Below the pieces are notes generated by a model that made no database searches, had not been told where the DNA came from, and worked only from the letters and a program-made list of their open reading frames with translations. The position numbers and the translations under genes are program-made. From Azolla caroliniana (lineage: Eukaryota; Plantae; Polypodiophyta): a stretch of DNA of 64,000 nucleotides. Location of the stretch: assembly GCA_043228905.1 (NCBI GenBank), contig JBHGNT010000021.1, positions 12,586,001-12,650,000 on the forward strand. The letters run 5' to 3'. This document shows, piece by piece, positions 33,804 through 45,805 of the stretch. Numbering within the stretch: position 1 is the first letter of the stretch; the number at the start of each line of letters is the position of its first letter.

Positions 33804-36473
33804 ATGGACCCACAAACGCTGTCGGAAGCGGCCAGGAAATGGCTCAGGCAACACGGACTGGATGGGTTCTTGACCATCATGGAGGCACCACCGCACAAAG
33901 AAGCCGACCGGGTCATCAAGGAGCTCGACACAGAAGTCATCACCGAGGAAGCGATCCGTGCGCTAACAGGCCTTCCGGAGGGAGGTATTTTCAGATCGAT
34001 AACCCAACCTCGGAGCAACTCATCCGATATTTCGGTGAGTACTCTCTAGCCGGCAAAGGCTATCGAACGCAGGGCGGCGAAGATCCGCTATTTAGGGAGA
34101 TAGCTCGAGTGCTCCATGAGTACGGCCACGTGTACCCCCGACCCCCTGTCATGCCAAAAAATCGGGCAGGGATGATCATAGCCACCTATGAAGGGATCAA
34201 GGTGGATTGGCTGGTGTTGATTGCAGACGGTTTGTGCGCGGCAATCGACACGGTACGAGGAAAGGACGGCAAGGAGGGCCGGAAGCTGTGGCATGCCGTA
34301 GCTCAGTGGATAACATTGCTCGCGCCGCCGGTCGAGACCGTCCAGCCAAAGAAGCGGCCAAGATTATCGGAAGGAAGCACCTTGAAACCCGCGTCCAAAC
34401 GACAGCAGCTGCTGGCGTCGAAGGCGACGAAAGGGAAGAAACGGCTCCCAGAACCGGAGGAGGTGTCACCGGTCCGACCCGTTAAGATAACCATACGGCG
34501 ACCGGGACAGAAGGAACCGGAACCCTTGACGGCACAGATACATGCCGTTACCCAGGAAGAGGAAACGAAGGAGCCAGTAGAGCACCTCCAACGACGGTCA
34601 AGAAGTAGGACCGCCGGGACAGCAGGGGAGCGTTCGGACCCGCAAAAGGAAGAAACGCCCCCAACTCAACCTGAGCAAACCACAAGGGAGGAACCGGAAC
34701 CGGTGCGTATAGAACCGGCCTTGTCGACTTCTATACAAGAAGTCATTCCAACGGCTCCGGAGATGGCGAGAACCGGAACTCAACAGCCGGCGAGCCCAGC
34801 CAGCACACACAGCGGCCAAGGAGTAGAACCAGAACGGCAGATACAGGCACTCAGGCTAGACAATTCCACAGTGAACGAGCCGACCCGACTAGTACAACAG
34901 CAAGGCACCAGTAGCATGTGGCTACGGTGGGTAGGCGAGTAGATCGCCGGAGCGGTCGAGTACATAGAGGCGGAGGAGAGAGCGCACCACGAACGGTTGC
35001 TCGTCACAACCGTAGATCTAGAGACGGCTCGGTCCAGAATCCGGAGCCTTGAACAAGACTTGGACAGGGTCACAAGGGAAATGGCTCAATTGGCTTTGAC
35101 AACACAAGTCCAAGCACCGGTGACTCCGGGCAATGTACAGAATAAAGCGTCAGATCAACCTGTACATAGCAATCAGACCCCGGCAACGGAAACCGTTTCG
35201 GAGAGAAATGCGGCACAAGCCCAAGAGCTTGCGGACTTAAAGGGATGAGCTAGCTGCCCAAGAAGCGCTGAGGAGCCGCGAAAGAGAGTTGAAGACGGCA
35301 ACGAAGGTAGAACTCAAAAAGACTGCTGAGAATCTACGCTGGGCCGAGGAGAGCTTACGAAAAGGCCACCAAGCGTACGACCGGCTCAAGGAGGAGAAGG
35401 AGAAAATGCTGCAAGAGAAGGACAGGCTCCGGAGAAACGCCGAAACAGAAGTAGAGCGCCTGAAAGAGGAACTCCGGCAGCTAAAGGACCGGGAGGACCG
35501 GAACCATCGCCAGATCAACGGCAAGCTCAAACAAAAAACGGAGGAATTTGAGCACTTGCACCGGGAGTATAAACGGTTGCAAACGGAGCACAAGGAACGG
35601 ACGGATGAGCTCCGGCAAGCAGTTGATCGGACCGCAACGGCATACGCTAATGAACAAGCGGAAACCAGAAGACGGTGGGAAGAGGCGGAGAAGGTTCGGA
35701 CAGAGCTCCTCAGGCAACAGCAGGCGGAAAGAGAAAGAGCGGCGGAGGTACTGCAGAGGTTGCAAACAACATATCAATGGCAGCTGACGCGCTACAGAGA
35801 GCAGGCGGAGGATACGGCTAATCTCATCAAGCAGTTGAAGGAGGAACGACAAGTTGTGGAAAGTAGAGTGCAAATGGGAGCAAGTCGCATCCAGGATATC
35901 ATGCGGGCCTGGTTGAACCAGACCAAGAGCTTGATTGACAACGGTTCCGTCAAATGGTGGACCAAGTGGGCCCCAAACGCGGCGGAACTCCAATTGCTCC
36001 GGGCCGACGTAGAGAACCGGCGGAAGGAGGGAGATGATTGCTATATGCTGACTTCCGAAGACTTCACCGGCATAAGAGATGAGCTGGCCGAAGACTTTCA
36101 AGCCTTGGCAGAGGACCAACTAGGGCAAGTCCGGCAACTTGTAGCTCAGCTGGACGACGACAGGCTGGAGGCGCAGATCCAGTTTGAAAGCTACGAGAGG
36201 TCCCGGATCCGGGAAGAGAAAGCACGAGAACCAGTAACGGTCAACCTCAGTGATGAGGAACCGTTACTAGAAGGAGACCGGACCGGAAGCAGTCAAACGG
36301 GGATGCCGGAGTCAGAGAAACAAACGGAGCAGCCGCCTATAGAGCAGCCGGAGCAGTCTCAGTCCCAACCGCAACCACAGCAGCAGCAGCAAGCACAGCC
36401 GCAACAACCACAACCGGAAGAACAATTGGAAACTCTGGAACAAAGTATTTTGGACAATTTGGGTGAACAATGA
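33804..36473 (+). pseudogene. Extra 3' ORF of Gypsy B (~890 aa reconstructed): globular N-terminus, disordered middle, long coiled coil
   Basis: MDPQTLSEAARKWL start at 33804; frameshift near 33985, in-frame TAG at 34940, frameshift near 35240; ends 52 bp before the 3' LTR. A homologous coiled coil occurs in B'. Confidence 0.72.
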
Positions 36474-36525
36474 AGGGGCCGAGAAGGGTTCGACGTACAA
36501 GGTACTGTCCCACGGGCGTGCCATG

Positions 36526-36944
36526 TGTTACCGGCCGGCAAGGAGTCCAAAATACGGAGTGAAGGAATTAATTAAGTATGGTTGTAAATAAGCATAGTAT
36601 GGACGGACGGACTGGAAACGGTATGTCGTTCCAGATCCGGACGGATCCCGAATAGGTGCGATAGGCACCGTTTTGTACTACGGGCCGGAAACCTATTTAA
36701 AGGCCCGGACCCCATTGTAATCGCAGCGGATAATTAATAGAGCGTATGGTGTTTATACTTCTGTGTTGATTTCCGTTCTGTAATTACTGTTATATCTTAC
36801 GCGTGTAATTAACAAAGGCGCTCTAATCGTGTAACCTACTTAAGTCGGTGTAATCGTTGAGTCATAATCCTATGCCGTAATCACCCTTTGGTGAAGTGTC
36901 TCCGTGACACCTTGTGTTAGGCCTTGTCCGGTCAGAGAACAACA
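36526..36944 (+). repeat. 3' LTR of Gypsy B
   Basis: Direct repeat of 7198-7616, followed by TSD AGCCC. Confidence 0.95.
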
Positions 36945-37983
36945 AGCCCGACCGGGATCGGGTGGGTGATCAGTCAAGAGGACAAGGACGGCGTAAAGTT
37001 CCTGATCCGGTTTGGGGCGAAGGTATTGAGCGAGCGGCAGCGAGGATACGCCCAAGTTAAGCGCGAGCTATGGGGTATCATTTTGGCAGTTAAGGCCGAC
37101 AAAGACCATCTGATCGGGACGGAAGTAATCATTGAGACGGATTGCCTACCGATTCTTCCTACGCCAGGTGCAGAAGAAGGCATACCGGTTCTTCCTACGG
37201 GAAGGGCGCATATGGAAGCACCCGAAGAAGCGAAGCGGCACCCCACTCCGCGTAGTGGTGAAGGAGGATGAGTAGAAAGCGCTGCTTATGGCTTACCATG
37301 AGAGTCCTTGGGCCAGACACCGTGGGACATGGGCCACGTTTGAGAAGCTGAAGGGGAAGTACTCGTGGCCGGGACTATACCGGGACGTGCATCGGTTCGT
37401 AACGACTTGCGAAAACTGTCAGATGCACTCTATAGTCTGACATCGAGACGAGCTTCACCCGACCTACCCTCTAACCGTCCACTTCAAGTGGATGGTGAAT
37501 CTGGTGACGATGCCAATGGGGGTAGGGCAGATGCGATATCTGGTGCTGGCTCGGGAGGACCTGACGAACCAGGTAGAAGACCGAGCGTTGTAGAACAAAA
37601 CGACTGCGGCCGTGTCCTGGTTTCTAATCAAAGATGTGGTATGCCGATAAGGGTGCGTCGGCAAGATTGTGGCCAACCGCAGAGAACTAGACGCGCAAGA
37701 GGCTGAAGACTGTTTGACCGACTAGGGGTTAAACTCTCGCTCGCCACGGCGTACAATCCGGAGGCTAACGGGAAGGTGGAACGCGGACACGGACCGATCG
37801 TCAAAGTGTTAGTACGGGCGTGTGGAGACCAAGTCGGAAACTGGCCATTGTGGGTAACGAGGTTCATGTTGGCGGAACTAATGTACGGGCAGAAGCCGAT
37901 CATGCCGGTGGAACGGACGATTTCTTCATGGGCCACGGTTGGCTAGAAGGACGAAATGAGCAGGGAAGAGTTGTTGGCGGCAA
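36945..37983 (+). pseudogene. pol: Gypsy A pol fragment (RNase H, integrase)
   Basis: SPTGIGWVISQED...YAQVKRELWG...ETDCLP; integrase HH-CC remnant and YNPEANGKVER; stops and deletions. Confidence 0.85.
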
Positions 37984-38755
37984 TGTCGCGTTGTTACGCG
38001 CGTGCGTGGAGAAAGGCGGGACCACGGGGGTCTTGGACTAGGGAGTGATGGAGCGTAGGAAGTCGTGCTTCACCGTTTCCGGGGCATCCCAGAAGCACAC
38101 CGGAAGCAACCGAAGAGAGAGAGAGCGAGAGAGCGCTTAACACCGACTCACGCACACACACTCACACACACACACACAGGCCAACCCGACTCACACCCTT
38201 AAGTACAGGAAATGCAGGAAAGGGGAAGCACCCGACACCAACGAAGACGCGAATATACACAGACAGACGCAAACGTATATATATATATATATATATAAGA
38301 AGAATACATTCCCGGCGTCGAGCCGGACCGAGGTAGGTTACAATAGTTGTCAGCTGCCAAGCCGCCGGTCGGGGAGCTCACGGGCTCGTCGCGCCAAGCA
38401 GGGTCTTGCGCAAGAGATGAGCTGAAGCAAACCTTAAGCGAACACGAAGGGGGGAAGAAGAAGAAGAAGAAGAAACTAACTCTAAACCTAACGGTATACC
38501 CTCTAATGCAAAATGGGCAACCCCTTCACAAAGGGCGTTCCCTTCCTTTTATAGAACAAGGACATGGATGCGTTACAATGTGGGATAAACCCCCGACTTA
38601 CATGGGACTGTCTGTCCCGACTTGACTACTCTTCGGCGCCATAAAAGCGCCCTCGTTATTGACACTAAATGTACATGGGTACGTACACACGTTGCACCCC
38701 GCTGATGTAGCCAATGTTTCCCGGTTTCCGCCTCTGGCCGAAATTCTTCACGACA
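37984..38755 (-). repeat. 3' LTR of element D
   Basis: Repeat of 42196-42965; contains GA, CA and TA microsatellites. Confidence 0.93.
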
Positions 38756-40718
38756 TCCGCCCCCACCTAACCGCACATCCACCGGTATGTGCCAAGTCCG
38801 GTTGAAGGGTGAGAGATTTCGGCCGGTGAGAAACCAGTCTTCTGTGATCCGCATCCCGACTCGCTGCCGGTTTGATCCGTCGGCTTTGATTCTTCCTTCG
38901 CGCTTACCTCCCTGTAGGCTCGTTCGACCCGTCGATGGGTCCTCTACCGCGATCTCTGTAGTACGCATACTTCCGCTGGCCCTCGTTCGGCCGTATGAAC
39001 GCCCTGCTCCCGTCGTATGCCCTTGTCCTCTTGCCGCCACCTTCCTTCTCCATGGTCTTACATCGCCGCGTCGGCTCGAACCGCCATGGTCTCCGGAACG
39101 GTGTGAAGGATCTCTTTCGGTCTTCTCCACGCTCGTATTCCCGCACCGGCACCTCCGTGTGCCACATACCCTTGTCCGTTGTTTGGCACTGCCTGTATCG
39201 TACTCCGGTTCATTGCACGCCTTGTCGGCCCCCTTTCCGACCAGATCGTGCATCGCCGCTCCCCGCATACTGGTGTCCTTTGAATCCGAGGAACACCCCG
39301 TAGTAGCCCGCTTGGCCCTTCCCATCTTCGTGCTGTTGCAATAGGTCCTGAGTCTTCCGCTTGCCGTCGTCCCCTCGCCCCCACCAACTTGTCACCCCGG
39401 GCTTGCCGTGTCAGTCTTTGCTACTTCGACAGAGCTACCGAGATCTACGAAGCGAGTGTGGAGGATCCTCCTTCGGCCTCTCTTGCCATCCCCTGACTCC
39501 GACCCTGTGCAGTCCACTAGGCACTTGTCACCTCGTTTCCGGCACCTCCCTTGTGCCGTCTTCCGTGCGGAACACCGTCCCGTAGTCACGCTTCGATCCA
39601 GCCCGCAATGGCCACTTGCGAGACTCTTGTTCTGTCCCAGGTGTGCCTTTCCAGCCTGACACACCTCCCCGTGTTTGCCCCTACCGGCTGCTTCCGAAAC
39701 ATCGTGTCGTCGGGTCCCATTCCCTGCCGCCACCTTCCTTCTCCCTCGGTCTTACGTTGCCACGTTGGCCGATCAGCCGGGGTCTCTGGATCAGTGTGAG
39801 GGTCCCATAGGACCAGGCTTCGTTTCTATGCTTGCCGAAATTCGGGTGCCTTTTGTTTGAGTCTCTCCTGGACTCTCCTCGTGTCTTCCGCGTAGTCGGG
39901 TCCAGTTTCCCGCCGCCACCTTCCTTCTCCCTCGGTCTTACGTTGCCACATTGGCCGAACAGCCGGAGTCTCTGGTTAAGTGTGAGGATCCCATAGGACT
40001 AGACTTCCTTATGCCCACTGACCTTGCCGGAAGGTCCGATTTGGTTCGTGGCCGCCTCGCCGGCCTGATACATCCTTGCCATTTGTCGCCTCCTGTCGTC
40101 CGATCACGTTCTCCTGCCGCCACCGACCTTTCCTATAGGACTCACATCGGCACTTGGGCCGACCGCCAGATCAGTGTGAGGATCTTCGTGGGACCGCCCA
40201 TCCGTAGCCCTTGCCTTCGTCACCTCGCCGCCACCGTCAATATCTTGGTCTTACGTCGTCCGCATTGCCGACTGCCGAAGTCTCTAGAACCGGTGTGAAG
40301 GATCCTCCTTAGACCGCCGATTTGTCTTCCCGACCCTGTCCCGGGTCGTCCTTTTCCGCATGCCGAGAGGGCGGTTTACTCCGCACCCTCTCCCGTGGTA
40401 CCGGTGTACCGTCTCCTCGGCCTCTCCATAGGCCTGCTCTCTACCTCCCTCCTAGAATGGTCATCCGGGAGTCCGCTCCGCCCGGTTCTCGTCCGGGTCC
40501 GTTCGTCCTTCTCTGGATTGCCGAGTCCCGTTCTCCTGTCGCCACCGATCTCTCTTATAGGACTCACGCCGGCACTCGGGCCGGCAGCCGGATCGGTGTA
40601 AGGAACTCCATAGGACCGGCTTTCATTCTCCTTCCAACTCTCAACCTTCGCCCGGTCGGTCTTTCTCCCCATGTAAAAGAGGGCGGCTCGTCCCGCACCC
40701 CCTTCCGTATCGGCACTT

Positions 40719-42158
40719 TCATGCCGAATCCGGCCCCAATCGAACGATCCACGACCGGATCACGCTCCACCCGTATCGGAATGCCGATCTCCTCGTGCCG
40801 CGTCTGTCCTCGGCCTCCTCACAGGCCGTTTCCCATCCATCTTCGCTGGCATCATGCCAGGACTCCTCGGTACCGCCATCCATCTCCCCGGTCTTACATG
40901 GGCATACGGGCCCGAATGCCGAGTTCTCCGGAATCGGGTCCGTGGGCTTTCGTCCGTTCCTTCCCCGTATCGTCTCGCCGGTGATTCTTGGCCTTTCGCC
41001 GCTGCCTTCCTCCGCTTGGGACTCACGTGGGCACTCGGGCCCGACTGCCATCGTCTCGGGAGCAAGTGTGGGAAGACACAAAGAATCGCCCGTCCGTTTT
41101 ACGCCCTTGTCCGTAGCCACCGACTCTTCGTGGTCGGCGGTCGTCTTCTTACCGATCGCGCAAGCCCCGTCTGGGGTTGCTTCTCCAATGACCGGGATCT
41201 CGGGCTGACACGCCCGAAACCGCTGGTCCCATCGTTCCGGTTCTGCGATCTGTATCTCGGCCTCGTCCTTGGCCGTTCTATCTCCGCAAGTCGAGAGGGC
41301 GTTTCGTTCCGCACCCTCTCCCGTGGTACCGTGGTACCGATCTTCCGCTGTCGCGTGGGGCAAGTCCGTCTCCTCAGTCTCGGCTTGCGGCCTCCGTCTT
41401 TCCTTTTCCTCGAGCATCGCCTCAAAAGCTGTGTACGCCTCCGCAATCCTGGCCCCAACGCCGACCCTTGCCGACTCTCTTTGCCGTTTGGCCTCTTCCC
41501 GTTGTGATGGCACGCCGTCGCGTACCTTCCTCTTGGCCTTCTCGGCTCGCTCGTTGTCTAGCCGTTGGCACACCCTTCTGACCTCCGACCAGTCCTCCGT
41601 AAGCCCATTCGCTCCATCATCGTCTTCGAGCTCAATCCCGATGGCCTCCCGTTCCGCTCGGTCGATCGACCTGACGAACAATAGGACCTTGTCCGCCCCC
41701 ACCAAACCTTGTTCCCGCTCCGGGAGCCGAGCAAGCCGCTGCTCGAACTCTCGATACGCCTTGGCCGCACCCTGATGGGTCTTTGCCGATGCTACCCACT
41801 GGTCAAAGTCGTGCCGTCCCTGGCTCTTCCGCCGTCCTCCGTATGCCTTCAGGAGCGCCTCTTCGAAGGCCTCCCACGAACTATGAGCCTCACGGAGCTC
41901 CTTTATTTCCGCATGCATCCGGACAGCCACGACCCGATAGAAGAACTCCAGCCTTAACGCCTCGTCTACGCCACGCTCCTCCATTTCCGTGTTGTAGGCT
42001 TCCAAGTAAGATGGGACTTTGTCCCCGTTGAAACGGCCGACTCTTTCGACCACTCGCTCAACCGCTTGTTGCGCTGCTTCTTGCCTCATCACCACTCGTG
42101 CCGACTCCAACACCACTTCGGCCACCATCTCCGCAAGGTCGTCGTCTTCCGACTCCAT
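40719..42158 (-). CDS. gag: Gag-like protein of element D, 479 aa
   Basis: FNGDKVPSYLEAY...DKVLLFVRSID...IGIELEDDDGANGLTEDW; ATG about 15 nt after the PBS. Confidence 0.78.
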   Translation of the reverse strand: MESEDDDLAEMVAEVVLESARVVMRQEAAQQAVERVVERVGRFNGDKVPSYLEAYNTEMEERGVDEALRLEFFYRVVAVRMHAEIKELREAHSSWEAFEEALLKAYGGRRKSQGRHDFDQWVASAKTHQGAAKAYREFEQRLARLPEREQGLVGADKVLLFVRSIDRAEREAIGIELEDDDGANGLTEDWSEVRRVCQRLDNERAEKAKRKVRDGVPSQREEAKRQRESARVGVGARIAEAYTAFEAMLEEKERRRPQAETEETDLPHATAEDRYHGTTGEGAERNALSTCGDRTAKDEAEIQIAEPERWDQRFRACQPEIPVIGEATPDGACAIGKKTTADHEESVATDKGVKRTGDSLCLPTLAPETMAVGPECPRESQAEEGSGERPRITGETIRGRNGRKPTDPIPENSAFGPVCPCKTGEMDGGTEESWHDASEDGWETACEEAEDRRGTRRSAFRYGWSVIRSWIVRLGPDSA

Positions 42159-42195
42159 CCTCCCTTGCCGCCTTTCACGTCGGGCTCACCAAATA

Positions 42196-42965
42196 TGTTG
42201 CGTTGTTACGCGAGTGCATGGAGAAAGGCGGGACCACGGGGGTTTTGGACTAGGGAGTGATGGAGTGTAGGAAGTCGTGCTTCATCGTTTCCGGGGCATC
42301 CCAGAAGCACACCGGAAGCAACCGAAGAGAGAGAGAGAGAGAGAGAGCGCTTAACACCGACTCACGCACACACACTCACACACACACACACAGGCCAACC
42401 CGACTCACACCCTTAAGTACAGGAAATGCAGGAAAGGGGAAGCACCCGACACCAACGAAGACGCGAATATACATAGAAAAACGCAAACGTATATATATAT
42501 ATATATAAGAAGAATACATTCCCGGCGTCGAGCCGGACCGAGGTAGGTTACAGTAGTTGTCAGCTGCCAAGCCGCCGGTCGGGGAGCTCACGGGCTCGTC
42601 GCGCCGAGCGGGGTCTTGCGCAGGAGATGAGCTGATGCAAACCCTAAGCGAACACGAAGGGGGGAAGAAGAAGAAGAAGAAGAAACTAACTCTAAACCTA
42701 ACGGTATACCCTCTAATGCAAAATGGGCAACCCCTTCACAAAGGGCGTTCCCTTCCTTTTATAGAACAAGGACAGGGATGCGTTACAATGTGGGATAAAC
42801 CCCCAACTTACATGGGACCGTCTATCCCGACTTGACTACTCTTCGGCGCCATAAAGGCGCCCTCGTTATTGACACTAAATGTACATGGGTGCGTACACAC
42901 GCTACACCCCGCCGATGTAGCCAATGTTTCCCGGTTTCCGCCTCTGGCCGAAATTCTTCACGACA
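42196..42965 (-). repeat. 5' LTR of element D
   Basis: Repeat of 37984-38755, adjacent to the PBS. Confidence 0.93.
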
Positions 42966-43300
42966 ACGGATCCGGCAACTTGAGCGAAGGCTGGAGGACG
43001 TGGAATGGGCGAAGGAGAACCTGCACGCGGCAAGGGAATGAAACAAAACCGGTTCGACCGGACGCACCGACTACGATCGAGGAAGATTGAGGAAGGCGAT
43101 TGGGTGCTGGTTTACGACATCAGCCTCGACAACCAGCATAAGGCGACCCGCAAATTCGCAAGGAGATGGTTCGGGCACTACACGGTGACAAGCACGAACG
43201 ACAACGGCATGTACCATCTTGCGGAGCTCGACGGGGCACGATTGGCGGTGCCAGTAGCCGGGATGCGGATTAAAGCGTTCAAGAAGCAGTACAAAGACGA
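42966..43300 (+). pseudogene. pol: Gypsy A integrase C-terminus (GPY/F-like region)
   Basis: RIRQLERR...GDWVLVY...KFARRWFGHY...YHLAELDG...RIKAF; no chromodomain evident. Confidence 0.8.
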
Positions 43301-43443
43301 GCGGAGCGGGGGAGTGATAACGACAACGATCGGTTTAGGGATGCCGATAATTCGGAGAGCGACGAGTGAACGCGAGCCGGTTTTCTCTGGTATTTTCCCC
43401 TCTTCGGCGCATACCGGTGGATGCGCGGTTTGGTGGGGGTGGA

Positions 43444-44093
43444 TGTTGTGAAGAAAACAGGCTAGAAGCGGAATCGGCGAAGCAGGGGGCATGAACCAGC
43501 CCTACACTTTTCCACACCAATTAATACCTTGTACATAACTAGGAGTAGGACGATGGGTGTAAATACACTAGATGTGATGCATTGAGTGTCTAGGAAATCA
43601 AAGAGTATCTTTGTTTGAAAGGACAGAGAATAAATTGATGAAAATGAGGGTGCAACGGCTTGCCTCGACGGCCTATAAAAGGGAAGGAAGAAGGGGATGA
43701 AGATATCGGTTTTCAGGAGCGAGGACTAAGTGCTGTCGGACTGGGACTGAGCTCTCACCTCCATCGTTCGTCATTCTCTGCAGGATATTGGACTGAGTTG
43801 CCTCTGCTTCGTGGACAGCCCTTGTGCTTCTGGCAGAGGCTCCACAGTGCAGTTGGGACTGTGTGTGCGCGTGAGCATCGTGTGTGTGTGTGTTCGCCTG
43901 AGTTGGGTACGTTGCCGGCTTGCCGGTTGTAATCGTTATTGATTTTGTAATTAAGACTTTGTTCTCTCTCTCTTTCTCCCTCTGTGTTTCTGCAAGCTGG
44001 TCTCTCTCTCTCTCTCTTCCTTCTCACGCTCCTTGGTTCAAGACCCCTACAGTCCCGCCTCTTTCCACACGCGAAGAGCATAACAATTCGACA
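43444..44093 (+). repeat. 3' LTR of Gypsy A
   Basis: Follows the PPT; TGTTGTGAAG...TTCGACA; contains TATAAAA; termini resemble the D/F LTRs. Confidence 0.78.
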
Positions 44094-45805
44094 CCAGCTC
44101 TGGCTTATCTAGCCGATCCGGCTCCAATTGTGCTTTCCGCTCAACAATTTGTTATGATCGTCATCCAAATGCTTATAATCCTGGTGCAGTCGGTCGAAGT
44201 CGTCGGTTTTCTGTTTGAGCTTTTGATTTATAAGCCGGCGAGCGCGGTACTCACGGTCTTTTTGTTGCCGGAGCTCTTCTTTGAGGCGCTCAATCTCCAC
44301 TTCCACCGTCCTCCGGAGTTTCTCTTTTTCTTGCAGGAGTTTTTCTTTCTCTTCTTTCAGCCGATCATACGCTTGATGCCCTCTTCTCAAGCTTTCCTCT
44401 GTTCGGCGGAGGCTGTCGGCCGTTCCTCCTCTGTCGCTTTTTTCAATTCTCGTTCCCTGGCTCGTAAGGCTTCTTGTGCTGCTAGGTCTTCCCTTAGTGT
44501 GGCAAGCTCCTGTGCTAATGATTCATGAGTATTCGGGCCTGCCACCGTCACTGGGGTTTGATTGTTCTGTTTTGATTATTGTGGTCCTTCTATGACCAAC
44601 TTGGCCATTTCTGTTATGGCCTTCTCTACGTCTTCTTCCATGCTTCGGATTCTTGACCGGGCCATCTCTAATTCCTCGGTTGTCGCTAGCAATCGGGCTT
44701 CCTGCGCTTTCTCTTATGCTTTTAACTAGCCGACAACACCAGTCACTTGATCTACCACCCATCGGAGCCATCGACTACCGGTGCGTTGTGGTCATGCTGG
44801 TTCTGGTCGTGGGATGGCGTTTTCACTGGTCATGAGCCTACTATTGACGGTTACGTCAAACGGCTGCTCCGGTTCTGGCTGTTGTTGCTACGACGGTGAT
44901 GCTGGTAATTCAATGACCAGTTCTTGATTCATTGGTACTATCGTGTCCATCTGGGGTGTCATGGTTGCTACGGTAATTCGAATGGGTGCTGCATTCGCCG
45001 TCTGAATCTGATTCGAAGGTCGAGAATGGTTCCGAATCGCCTCCCCCTATCCCTAGTGCCTGCAGAATGGATTCCGTGTTCTGGAGACTGCTCAAGGTGC
45101 TTCCTTCGTCCGGTTGGGAATTCTGCTGCCTGCGGAGTGACTCTACAACCACTCGCCGGATTACTTTGGAAAATGAGCGATCCGCACGGATCTCTTCTGC
45201 CGCCTGTGGGAAAGCCTCTCGCTTTCGCAATCGTTCGGCAAGTCTTCTTGCTCGCTCCGTAACCAGGTCGTTTGTTGGTCTAGTCATCCATGCCCGTCGT
45301 TGTTCGCTACGTTTGTGCAGGAATCGTGGTCGCCAAAAACTGTGTTATCACTAGGGCCGGACAATGGCCTAACACAGGGTGTCCCTCTGAGACACTTCAC
45401 CAAAGGGGTGTTGCGGTGAGATAGAGTTAGACCGACGATTAATGGAACCCTAATTGGTTACTAAGCGACAGGATCATTAGTCACAATACACGCGTAGGAT
45501 AAATTACACTTAGCACAGAACGATAATTAACAATGATTAAAATACAAAACAACAACACTCTATTAATTATCCGCTCATGATTACAATCTAACCGGCCCTT
45601 TTTATAGGTCTCCGGTTTTAGGTACAAACCAGTGCCAACCAAGAACCGGCTACGAACCGGTCCGGATCCGGATCGGCATATCGATTCTGTGTCCGTCCGT
45701 TCGCTTCTCAAATCATAATAATTCTATATAGATATATAATCAGCTCCCGGTTATTAATTATCCCCTCGTTTCCCATTCTGGACTTCCCTTGCCGACCAAC
45801 TAACA
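44094..45805 (-). mobile_element. Internally deleted Gypsy B-family copy (B'), interrupted by Gypsy A
   Basis: LTR 45343-45805 homologous to the B LTR; PBS TGGCGACCACGAT; gag start MTRPTNDLVTERARRLAER at 45287 joined to extra-ORF coiled coil (GHQAYDRLKEEKEK). Confidence 0.85.
45343..45805 (-). repeat. 5' LTR of B'
   Basis: TG..CA ends; shares blocks such as GACACTTCACCAAAGGG and CCGTCCGT with the B LTR. Confidence 0.82.

Larger units (their letters stand above)
7198..36944 (+). mobile_element. Ty3/Gypsy element B (non-chromovirus, Athila/Tat-like) with nested insertions
   Basis: 419-bp LTRs at 7198-7616 and 36526-36944, 4 mismatches seen. 5-bp TSD AGCCC at 7193-7197 and 36945-36949. PBS TGGCGACCAC; gag-pol followed by an extra 3' ORF. 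Confidence 0.93.
37984..42965 (-). mobile_element. Complete non-autonomous gag-only LTR element D
   Basis: ~770-bp LTRs at 37984-38755 and 42196-42965; Trp PBS at 42174-42191; PPT GGTGGGGGCGGA (38756-38767); gag ORF and no pol motifs; right flank ACGG. Confidence 0.9.
1..44093 (+). mobile_element. Degenerate Ty3/Gypsy element A (5' part outside window), host of Copia-1, Gypsy B and element D
   Basis: Pol fragments at 1-26, 5372-7197, 36945-37983 and 42966-~43300 rejoin across insertions, e.g. RNase H VDT|SPTGIGWVISQED across TSD AGCCC. PPT GGTGGGGGTGGA, then 3' LTR 43444-44093. Confidence 0.85.

Noticed and set aside
38573-40718. Many overlapping ORFs in the interior of element D
   Set aside because: GC-rich, internally repeated sequence open in several frames, with no pol or env motif.
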